Shown piece after piece: positions 8,156-15,866 of a stretch of 34,295 bases of DNA. The stretch is from a bacterium. Lineage in GTDB: Bacteria; Patescibacteriota; Minisyncoccia; UBA10092. Position 1 is the stretch's first letter; each line of letters opens with the position of its first letter. Both the position numbers and the translations under genes were made by a program. The notes under the pieces were generated by a model. It did not search any database. It saw only the letters and a program-made list of their open reading frames with translations, and was not told the origin of the DNA. Location of the stretch: positions 1-34,295 of the forward strand of contig JAJYIB010000003.1 in assembly GCA_021790275.1 (NCBI GenBank), in the 5' to 3' direction.

Positions 8156-8566
8156 TTATTTGAGAAGATTTTTTAAAATTCTGGCGAGATTTTTCCGGTC
8201 GTCCGCGCTTAATGTTTCCAAAAGGGCTCTCATCCGCGCCGTTTTTTCTTTAAAGCCGGCCGCAAGCGCTTTTTTACCGCCGATCGTCAGAGACAGGCAC
8301 ACCACGCGGCGATCGCCTTTCGTCGACAGGCGTTTGATTTTACCGGATTTCACAAGCAGTTCGATCAGCGCCGTGGCCGAAGGCGGCGTCACCGCCAGAT
8401 AATCGGCGACGTCCTTCATCGTCGGGTTTTCATTTTCCGCGATATAGCGGAGAGTTTCGAGCTGGAGCAGTGAAAATCCGGATGCCTGGCGATAGCGTTC
8501 GGCAATAAGACGCCGCGTGTTGAAAATAAGGAGAATTAAATCGTTTAGATCGCCGGATTTGGCCAT
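8156..8566 (-). CDS. MarR family transcriptional regulator
   Basis: Winged HTH TMKDVADYLAVTPPSATALIELLVKSG and wing motif DRRVVCLSLT. Confidence 0.92.
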   Translation of the reverse strand: MAKSGDLNDLILLIFNTRRLIAERYRQASGFSLLQLETLRYIAENENPTMKDVADYLAVTPPSATALIELLVKSGKIKRLSTKGDRRVVCLSLTIGGKKALAAGFKEKTARMRALLETLSADDRKNLARILKNLLK

Positions 8567-8570
8567 TTTA

Positions 8571-8627
8571 TTAGATAATTGAATTATTAAACCGCTTAAG
8601 TATATTACGGGCGCGAAAACTTGTCAA
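8571..8627 (-). promoter_or_regulatory. marR operon promoter with putative operator palindromes
   Basis: TTGACA(8627-8622)-17-TATACT(8604-8599) on -; palindromes TTAA-ACCGC-TTAA (8587-8599) and ATAATT-G-AATTAT (8575-8587). Confidence 0.65.
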
Positions 8628-8664
8628 CAGCGGACGAAATAGCTTAAAATTCGACAGACAAACG

Positions 8665-9126
8665 ATGAACGAATTCGAATGGAAAATAGAAGAGCCGAGT
8701 TTTACCCCGAAAAGTTCGGAATGGTTTTGGGCGCTGGGAATCGCGGCGCTGGCGATGATTGTTTTCGCCATAATTCTGAAAAATTATCTTCTGATAATAA
8801 TCGTCGCCCTTTTGGCTTTTATTGTTTATCATGGCCGGAACACGACTTCAGATATGCTGAATGTCGGACTCGGCGACGAAGGACTGCGTATCGGGAAAAA
8901 ACTTTATTCTTACGAAGAACTGGAATCGTTCTGGATTTTTCCCGCCGCGCCCGGGATTCAAAATCCGGAATTGGCTTTGCGGCGCAAAAACCGTTTCGCT
9001 CCGCTTCTGACCGTGCCATTTTACGAAGCCGACGAAGAAAAAATCAAAAGCATAATCGGCGGTCATTTGCCGGAAAAAGAAGAAACGGAATCGCTGGTTG
9101 ACTTATTGAGAAAAAAATGGTTTTGA
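8665..9126 (+). CDS. Conserved CPR-type two-TM membrane protein (DUF5673/PH-like)
   Basis: FEW..EE....KSSEWFW, two TM helices, G..IG.K.Y.YEELESFWI. Confidence 0.7.
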   Translation: MNEFEWKIEEPSFTPKSSEWFWALGIAALAMIVFAIILKNYLLIIIVALLAFIVYHGRNTTSDMLNVGLGDEGLRIGKKLYSYEELESFWIFPAAPGIQNPELALRRKNRFAPLLTVPFYEADEEKIKSIIGGHLPEKEETESLVDLLRKKWF

Positions 9127-9146
9127 GTTAGAATTCGGTCCCGAAT

Positions 9147-9218
9147 CCCCTTGTCGTTCAATGGACAGGACGCGAGATTGCGGATCTCGTAATGCAGGTT
9201 CGATTCCTGCCGAGGGGA
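9147..9218 (+). tRNA. tRNA-Arg(GCG), CCA not encoded
   Basis: Acceptor CCCCTTG/CGAGGGG, anticodon stem CGAGA/TCTCG with loop TTGCGGA, T-arm GCAGG-TTCGATT-CCTGC. Confidence 0.93.
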
Positions 9219-9221
9219 CAT

Positions 9222-11366
9222 ATGCCATCATTTCTCGACGAGCCGATTGGAAACATAAGATATTTTGCACCGGCGGCGGTAAAAAAGCTGGCGAGATTGA
9301 AAATAGCGACCGTGCGCGATCTGCTGTATCATTTTCCTTCGCGCTACGATGATTTTTCCGATTTTATTCCGATCGCCGACGCCAAACCCGATTGCGCGGC
9401 CACTATTAGCGGCGAAATTTTAAGCGCGAAAAATATCCGCACTTTCAAAAAGCGGATGATGATCACCGAAATCGTCGTCGGCGACGAATCCGGAGAAATA
9501 AACGCGGTGTGGTTTAACCAGCCGTATCTTTTGAATCAATTTCAAACGGGCCGGCGGATAAATCTGTCGGGAAAAATCGCGCCGAACAAAAAACGGCTTT
9601 GCTTTTCCAATCCGGCTTATGAAATCGCCGACTCCGGCCGCGGCGGAAGTTTGCGGCAAAAAGAACCGCTTCACACCGGCCGGCTGGTGCCGGTCTATCC
9701 CGAAACTTACGGCCTTACATCCCGCTGGCTGAGATCGATTATCAAACCGCTTTTGAAATTCGCCGGCCGCGCGCCCGATGTCTTGCCGGCCGAATTGAGA
9801 AAAGAAAACAATCTTCCGGATTTTGAAAGCGCGATGGCGCAGATTCATTTTCCCGCAAGCGTCGAAAATGCCGCTTCCGCCAAGCGCCGCTTCGCTTTCG
9901 AAGAGCTTTTTATCCTGCAGATGTTTATGGGATTGAATCGCCTGAAATTTCAACGCCAAACCGCGCCGGCGGTTCCTTTCGACGAAAATGCGGCGAAAAA
10001 ATTCGTCAAAACATTGCCGTTCGAACTGACCGGCGACCAAAAAAAAGCCGCCTGGCAAATTATCGGCGATATGTCGCAAAATCGGCCGATGAACCGCCTG
10101 CTCGAAGGCGATGTCGGCAGCGGCAAAACGATTGTCGCCGCGATGGCGGCGTATCTGGCCGCTTTGAAAAATTTTCAGACGGCGTTTATGGCGCCGACGG
10201 AAATTTTGAGCCGACAGCATTTCGAAAAAATCGCGCCGTTATTCGCAAAATCCGGCATCGCCGCCGGGCTTTTGACTTCTTCCGAATCCAGAATTTTCTC
10301 AAATTCCGGCGAAAAAATTTCGAGAAAAAAATTTTTGGAAAAAGTCGCCGACGGAGAAATAAAAATTTTAATCGGCACTCATGCTTTGGTCCAAAAAAGC
10401 GTAAGATTCAAAAATCTGGCGCTGGCGATCGTCGATGAACAGCACCGTTTCGGCGTAAATCACCGCGCCGCTTTGTTAAAAAACGGAAGCGGCGCTCCGC
10501 CTGGCGGAACGCCGCTCGTCCCCCATCTTTTGTCGATGTCGGCCACCCCGATTCCGAGAACCTTGGGCCTGACAATATGGGGAGATCTCGATTTGTCGCT
10601 TATACAGGAAATGCCGAAAGGAAGAAAAAACATAATCACCAAAATAACGGCGCCGGCCGAAAGAAGCGAGGTTTACGAATTCATCAGGAACGAAATCAAA
10701 AACGGCCGGCAGGCGTTTGTGGTCTGTCCGCTTGTCGAAGTGTCGGAAAAATTGTCGGCAAAATCCGCCGAAGGCCGCGAAATAAAAGCGGCAAAAAAAG
10801 AACAGGCGTTTTTACAAGAAAAAATTTTTCCCGAATTGAAAATCGGATTGCTTCACGGCCGATTGAAGCCGAAAGAAAAAGAAAAAACGATGGCGGAATT
10901 TTTGAACCGGAATCTCGATATTTTGGCGACCACTTCGGTTGTCGAAGTCGGCGTCGATATTCCGAACGCTTCCGTAATGATGATAGAAGGCGCCGACCGG
11001 TTCGGCCTCGCCTCGCTTCATCAATTCCGCGGCCGCGTCGGCCGCGGTAAACACCAGTCGTATTGCTTTTTAATGGCCGATTCGCCGTCGGCGCAAACCA
11101 GCAAAAGATTAAAAGCGCTGGAATCGGCGCAAAACGGCTTCAAGCTGGCTGAACGCGACCTGGAAATTCGCGGCCCGGGCGATTTTACCGGTATTCGCCA
11201 ATCGGGACTCCCCGATTTGGCGATCGCCTCGCTTGCGGATTTGCGGCTTGTCGAAGAAACCCGCGAAGCCGCCCGAAAAATTTTATCCCGCGATCCCAAT
11301 CTGAAAAATTATCCGATTTTGAAATCCCGTCTTGCGGAATTCCGAAACAGAGTTCATTTAGAGTAA
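9222..11366 (+). CDS. recG: ATP-dependent DNA helicase RecG
   Basis: Wedge domain, MNRLLEGDVGSGKT, MAPTEILS, DEQHRFG, MSATPIPRT, QFRGRVGRG, DLEIRGPG. Start moved to ATG 9222 because ATG 9192 lies inside the tRNA. Confidence 0.97.
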   Translation: MPSFLDEPIGNIRYFAPAAVKKLARLKIATVRDLLYHFPSRYDDFSDFIPIADAKPDCAATISGEILSAKNIRTFKKRMMITEIVVGDESGEINAVWFNQPYLLNQFQTGRRINLSGKIAPNKKRLCFSNPAYEIADSGRGGSLRQKEPLHTGRLVPVYPETYGLTSRWLRSIIKPLLKFAGRAPDVLPAELRKENNLPDFESAMAQIHFPASVENAASAKRRFAFEELFILQMFMGLNRLKFQRQTAPAVPFDENAAKKFVKTLPFELTGDQKKAAWQIIGDMSQNRPMNRLLEGDVGSGKTIVAAMAAYLAALKNFQTAFMAPTEILSRQHFEKIAPLFAKSGIAAGLLTSSESRIFSNSGEKISRKKFLEKVADGEIKILIGTHALVQKSVRFKNLALAIVDEQHRFGVNHRAALLKNGSGAPPGGTPLVPHLLSMSATPIPRTLGLTIWGDLDLSLIQEMPKGRKNIITKITAPAERSEVYEFIRNEIKNGRQAFVVCPLVEVSEKLSAKSAEGREIKAAKKEQAFLQEKIFPELKIGLLHGRLKPKEKEKTMAEFLNRNLDILATTSVVEVGVDIPNASVMMIEGADRFGLASLHQFRGRVGRGKHQSYCFLMADSPSAQTSKRLKALESAQNGFKLAERDLEIRGPGDFTGIRQSGLPDLAIASLADLRLVEETREAARKILSRDPNLKNYPILKSRLAEFRNRVHLE

Positions 11367-11389
11367 ATTTAAAAACCTGTGAACAATTA

Positions 11390-11419
11390 TTTACACTTAC
11401 CAATATGTTGTGCTAGTAT
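11390..11419 (+). promoter_or_regulatory. Putative sigma-70 promoter for a small RNA
   Basis: TTTACA(11390-11395)-18-TAGTAT(11414-11419) with extended -10 TG at 11411-11412; no + strand gene follows. Confidence 0.5.
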
Positions 11420-11424
11420 AAAAA

Positions 11425-11481
11425 TGATCGAAAGATCACGAATTCTAGAGCTAGGGGGCCCCTTTACCTGGGGTCCTCTTT
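11425..11481 (+). ncRNA. Putative small RNA convergent with and overlapping the NYN gene 3' end
   Basis: 5' hairpin TGATC-GAAA-GATCA; 3' stem GGGGGCCCC/GGGGTCCTC that pairs fully only on + (two G-U pairs), then TTT. Confidence 0.45.
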
Positions 11482-12222
11482 GCGTTCTAATTCCCTTTTC
11501 CAACATATAAAATCGCGAATTTTTTGAATATCAAAAATCATAAGCCCCTTTTCAACCAGGGTGGATAATTCTTTAGAAACCTTCCGAACGGTTGCAAACA
11601 AAATTACCTTTTTCCCAGCACTCATTAATTTTTCAATCGGATCGGCGAAATCACTATCTCCGCTCCATAGTATAAAAGTTTCTGCGCTATTTCGCTCGCA
11701 ATCAAGAAGCATATCTACGCCTATTTCAACATCAAAATTGCATTTCATATCTTTAATAAAATATTCTCCCTTTTTATTCATATCCTTGAATCTTTCATTT
11801 AAATACTCAATAGTTGTGATTTCATATTTTTTTAAAAGCGCTCGGCGAATAAACTGGCTGATTAATACTGTTGAATCGGGTAAAATACTTGAAACATCAA
11901 TAGAAAGTTCCATAATTTTTACAGGTTTTGTTCTAAGAAAATATTTATTATTCTCTGCTTCCGTTTTTTCTTTCTCTGATCTTTCATCTCCAGCCAAATA
12001 ACCATTATAAAAATTAACTGCCTCAATAGTATCAAAAGAATCCAGAAATTGTTTTAATCTCCTCAGTTCAATATGCCATCCGAGTTTTTCACTCCACGGA
12101 CGCACATTTGCATAATCAATATAAACACGAGTTTTTGCGCTAAGAATGTTATTGAGTTGTTTGATAACCCGCTGCTTATTCTTTGCGATATTTTCAATTT
12201 TCACTGTTTTTGGCGTAAACAT
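11464..12222 (-). CDS. NYN domain protein (LabA/DUF88, PIN-like ribonuclease fold)
   Basis: VYIDYANV, KCNFDVEIGVD and LWSGDSDFADP acidic active-site motifs; AT-rich. Confidence 0.92.
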   Translation of the reverse strand: MFTPKTVKIENIAKNKQRVIKQLNNILSAKTRVYIDYANVRPWSEKLGWHIELRRLKQFLDSFDTIEAVNFYNGYLAGDERSEKEKTEAENNKYFLRTKPVKIMELSIDVSSILPDSTVLISQFIRRALLKKYEITTIEYLNERFKDMNKKGEYFIKDMKCNFDVEIGVDMLLDCERNSAETFILWSGDSDFADPIEKLMSAGKKVILFATVRKVSKELSTLVEKGLMIFDIQKIRDFICWKRELERKEDPR

Positions 12223-12226
12223 ATAA

Positions 12227-12439
12227 TCAACTTATTTTCTGATATCGATAATTATATCGAATATTGTCATTAAGAAATTGTCCATGTGATGATGCGTGTA
12301 AAAATTGCCGATACAAATGTTCTGGCACATTGAAATATTGATATACATCACCAGAAATAAACTCCACTTCCAAAGTATTCAACTGTTGGTCGTATCCAAT
12401 TGAGCGGATATTTGATGACGATACTGATATTCTACGCAT
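12227..12439 (-). CDS. KTSC domain protein
   Basis: VSSSNIRSIGYD...LEVEF..G.VYQYFNVP...Y..F..ASSHGQFLN..IR matches the KTSC consensus. Confidence 0.93.
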   Translation of the reverse strand: MRRISVSSSNIRSIGYDQQLNTLEVEFISGDVYQYFNVPEHLYRQFLHASSHGQFLNDNIRYNYRYQKIS

Positions 12440-12474
12440 AATTATTTTTTGCGTTTTTGGTATTTAAAAAAATA

Positions 12475-13077
12475 TTATTTAATTGACCTGATATATTTAT
12501 CCTTATAATTTTTAATATCTTTATATTCAACCCAAAAATCCGTAGACCCGGTTTGTCTTATTGTACCATTTGCTCCTTTGTAATATTTTTTACCAAATAC
12601 CATTTTTGCTTTCCTATCTGAAAGAATATAACAATTTATTTTACGATTTTTTCACCAAGTCGCAACATCAACAAAAACATAATATAAATTTACGTCAAAA
12701 TCATTTTTTAATGACACTGATTGTTTTAAATTTTTCCCGTTAATTTTTATATCGCAAAAAGTTCTCGCATTTTGCCGCACCCAAACTGGCTTATTATCCT
12801 GAGCTACTGTTGTAGCCTTGGCATGAAAAAACAACACCTTCCCATTAAACTTTAATCCAATATCCCAATTTTTATTAGAATTTCCAGCATATATAATATC
12901 ATTCTCCAATAAAGATGACAGGTCATTCCCATAAGTTGCTAGAAGTTGTTTTAAAACCAACAACTCGCCTATAAATCCCCTATCAAAAGGTTTGTTGCAT
13001 AAATTTCTAAATCTCCAGCAATCATTTAACATTTTATCCGTTAACATTTTCCACTTTTTATATGTTTTTTTGTCCAT
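12475..13077 (-). pseudogene. PD-(D/E)xK restriction-endonuclease-like gene interrupted by one in-frame TGA
   Basis: GFIGELLV..WDI..FFHAKAT motif. After TGA at 12654-12652 the same frame stays open 58 more codons to TAA 12477-12475 (200 aa in total). Confidence 0.6.
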
Positions 13078-13089
13078 AATTTTTATATT

Positions 13090-14646
13090 TCATCTCGATT
13101 TCGGCGTGTTCCAAAAGCCCATATATTTTCCGAGCGCCAGGCGGGTTTGCGCGTCCAAAGCCGGAACGGCGCCGAAAACGACCATATTCACAGGCAGTAA
13201 AATCCATTGCAAAACCATTAAAATATACCTGAGACGCCCTCGATAAAGCGGTTTCGGCGGCAGAAGATAAATCGCCAAAACGGCGGTAAACACCAGCCCG
13301 CCCATCGCCAAAGTCATAATCCAGCGCGTAATGAACGGCAGATTGTAGGAAAGCAGAGTGTCGGAAAATCCGCCGCGACCGATAAGCGTCGGCAGCCAGC
13401 CCAGAAGAAAGATAATCAGCGAATTGGTCGCCAGCGAATGAGCGCCTTCGATCATATTGAATCCCAAACTCCATTTTTTACTCGCCGCTATCCTGCCGTT
13501 TTTCGAAAATCCATAAAGAAAATAGGCGTTGTTTTCGACGCCGTAGGCCCAGCGGCGGATCTGTTTGTATTGGTTTTTCATCGTCCGCCAAAATGTGGCG
13601 GCGACGTTGGCATCCATATAGATCGGGAAAAAAAGAGGCGCGGTGCGCCAGTCGCCGTCGAAATTCAAAAGACACTGCCAAAAAATCCGCGAATCTTCGC
13701 TGACGACATTGGTTTGCCAGAAACCGATTTCGGCAAGCGGCTTGAATCCGATCGATTGAGAAGAAAAAGTGATGAGCCGCTCGGGGCGCGCCTGCTGAAT
13801 CATCTGCCAGAAAGTCGTTGAAAATGCGAAAACTCGCGCGAAAGCCGGCGCCTGCCAGATATTATTCGTGAAAAGAGGAATCGGCTGAAAAGAAGAGCGC
13901 AGAGGGTATTGTGCCGTCAGGTAATAATATGTCAGACAACCGAAAAAATCCCGGTGAACGACGGAATCGACATCGAAACAGGAAACGATTATCCGCTCGT
14001 AAGGAATTTCAAGCGCGTCGATAATTTCGCTTTTCGCTTTTTTGATCGCCCAAGCGTCGTTACTGCCCTTGCCCGCGATTTCTCCCGCGATATCCGCCGG
14101 ATGGACCGAAATCAAAAATTTAAAAAACTTGCCGCCGAATTCGCGATTTATTTTTTCGGCGATATCCAAAGCCGGTTTGCCGCCTCTTGCTTCGACCGCC
14201 AGAACTGCGATTATTTTTTCCAGAGGATAATTCGATGCTATCAAACTTTCAAAACTTGCCCGCACGACTTCGAGCGGCTCTTGATACATCGGCAAAATAA
14301 CAAGATGATAGATATCGCTCCATTTGGCGTTTTTAAGATCCGGCGAAACGGGAACGGCGCGTTCAATTTCGCCGCGCCAGTTTTTTTTAAGATTTTCATT
14401 CATCCGGTTGAAAGCCGACCTCATATGGAGCGATAAAAAAATAGTTTTCAAAAGCCAGTAAACATCGAAAGCGATGATAAAAACGGCCGCCCAAAAAGGC
14501 AAAAATCGAGAAAGCGCGACAACGGCAATAAGAGTCAGCCACGACAAAAACGCCGGCAGAATTTCTAAAAACCGGTAATACCGCCTTCTTTTCGCATCGG
14601 CGATTTCGGAAGCGCGGCCGACGGTCAGATATGAATCGTTTTTCAT
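13090..14646 (-). CDS. Membrane glycosyltransferase family 2 (CPR-type)
   Basis: ILPMYQEP, GKGSN, FDVD (DxD), VSEDS and QIRRW (QxxRW), with N- and C-terminal TM helices. Start moved to ATG 14646. Confidence 0.9.
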   Translation of the reverse strand: MKNDSYLTVGRASEIADAKRRRYYRFLEILPAFLSWLTLIAVVALSRFLPFWAAVFIIAFDVYWLLKTIFLSLHMRSAFNRMNENLKKNWRGEIERAVPVSPDLKNAKWSDIYHLVILPMYQEPLEVVRASFESLIASNYPLEKIIAVLAVEARGGKPALDIAEKINREFGGKFFKFLISVHPADIAGEIAGKGSNDAWAIKKAKSEIIDALEIPYERIIVSCFDVDSVVHRDFFGCLTYYYLTAQYPLRSSFQPIPLFTNNIWQAPAFARVFAFSTTFWQMIQQARPERLITFSSQSIGFKPLAEIGFWQTNVVSEDSRIFWQCLLNFDGDWRTAPLFFPIYMDANVAATFWRTMKNQYKQIRRWAYGVENNAYFLYGFSKNGRIAASKKWSLGFNMIEGAHSLATNSLIIFLLGWLPTLIGRGGFSDTLLSYNLPFITRWIMTLAMGGLVFTAVLAIYLLPPKPLYRGRLRYILMVLQWILLPVNMVVFGAVPALDAQTRLALGKYMGFWNTPKSR

Positions 14647-14688
14647 AAAATCGGCACGAAATCGGTCAAAAGAGTTATAACACGGAAA

Positions 14689-14717
14689 TTGCAAAAAGTT
14701 AAAGAATCCGCTAAAAT
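14689..14717 (+). promoter_or_regulatory. Promoter of the tRNA-Glu-tsaD-valS unit
   Basis: TTGCAA-17-TAAAAT ending 11 nt before the tRNA. Confidence 0.65.
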
Positions 14718-14728
14718 GGCGGAATTGC

Positions 14729-14800
14729 GGCCCTATCGTCTAGTGGTTAGGACAACACGCTTTCAATGTGTAAACGGGGGTTCGATTCCCCCTAGGGCTA
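14729..14800 (+). tRNA. tRNA-Glu(TTC), CCA not encoded
   Basis: Acceptor GGCCCTA/TAGGGCT, anticodon loop CTTTCAA, T-arm GGGGG-TTCGATT-CCCCC. Confidence 0.93.
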
Positions 14801-14801
14801 C

Positions 14802-15866
14802 ATGAGGATTCTCGGCATTGAAACTTCTTGCGATGATACCGCGGCGGCGGTTTTGGAAGCGAAAGGCGGATTTGCAAAGCCGTCTTTTTCGGTTTTGTCG
14901 AATGTGTTGTATTCGCAAACGGCGATCCATAAAAAATTCGGGGGCATCGTGCCGAATCTGGCTTCGCGGGCGCATCTCGCAAAAATCGAGCCGACCGTAA
15001 AAGAAGCCCTGCGCGCGGCAAAAACCGCGCCGGAAAAAATCGACCTTATCGCCGCGACGCGCGGTCCGGGCCTGATGCCGTCACTTTTGATAGGAGTGAA
15101 TTTTGCCCGCGCTCTGTCATACAAATGGCAAAAACCGATAATCGGCATAAACCACATCGAAGGGCATATTTTTTCCAACTGGCTTTCGCCGGCCGGGAAA
15201 TTTTCGATTTCCGATTTTCGATTTCCGGTTTTGGTTCTCGTGGCGAGCGGCGGGCATACGGAACTGGTTTTGATGAAAAATTACGGCAAATACGAAGTTG
15301 TCGGCCGCACTCTGGATGACGCGGCCGGCGAATGCTTCGATAAAACGGCGCGAATTCTGAAACTGGGTTTTCCGGGCGGCCCGGCAATCGCCGAAGCGGC
15401 GAAAAAATCAAAAATCGAAGATCTAAAATCTGAAATTTCCCTGCCACGACCGATGATGAATTCCAAAAATTTCGATTTTTCTTTTTCGGGGCTCAAAACC
15501 GCCGTTTTGTATATGCGCGAAGATTTGATAAAAAAATATGCGGCCGAAAAAATCGTTCCGGCGATGGCGGCCGAAATTCAAGAATCGATCGTCGAGGTTT
15601 TGGTTTTTAAAACAATAAAAGCCGCCGAAAAATTCCGGCCGAAAACCCTGATGATAGCCGGCGGCGTTTCGGCCAACGCGAAATTGCGTGAAAAAATGGC
15701 GGCGGCGGCGGCGCTCGCCGGCATTCCGCTTTCGATTCCCGGCCGCGCCTATTCCACCGACAACGCCGCGATGATCGCCGCCGCCGGATATTTCGATTAT
15801 CTCAAAAAGAAACCGGCCGGCGATTCATGGAAAAAAATTGAAGCGGATGCTAATCTTGGCTTATGA
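14802..15866 (+). CDS. tsaD: tRNA N6-adenosine threonylcarbamoyltransferase
   Basis: ILGIETSCDDT, GGIVPNLASRAH, NHIEGH, SGGHT, DDAAGECFDK, FSFSGLKT, TDNAAMIA. Confidence 0.97.
   Translation: MRILGIETSCDDTAAAVLEAKGGFAKPSFSVLSNVLYSQTAIHKKFGGIVPNLASRAHLAKIEPTVKEALRAAKTAPEKIDLIAATRGPGLMPSLLIGVNFARALSYKWQKPIIGINHIEGHIFSNWLSPAGKFSISDFRFPVLVLVASGGHTELVLMKNYGKYEVVGRTLDDAAGECFDKTARILKLGFPGGPAIAEAAKKSKIEDLKSEISLPRPMMNSKNFDFSFSGLKTAVLYMREDLIKKYAAEKIVPAMAAEIQESIVEVLVFKTIKAAEKFRPKTLMIAGGVSANAKLREKMAAAAALAGIPLSIPGRAYSTDNAAMIAAAGYFDYLKKKPAGDSWKKIEADANLGL

Noticed and set aside
9192-9221. N-terminal extension of RecG in the ORF track
   Set aside because: It lies inside tRNA-Arg; ATG 9222 is the plausible start.
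11378-11386. DnaA-box-like 9-mers (TGTGAACAA here; similar near 21140 and 27703) as a replication origin
   Set aside because: They are isolated, imperfect single boxes with no cluster and no dnaA/dnaN nearby.
12652-12654. Genome-wide TGA recoding (code 25 or 4)
   Set aside because: TGA is the normal stop of tsaD, valS, murD and others, and no other gene has an internal TGA.
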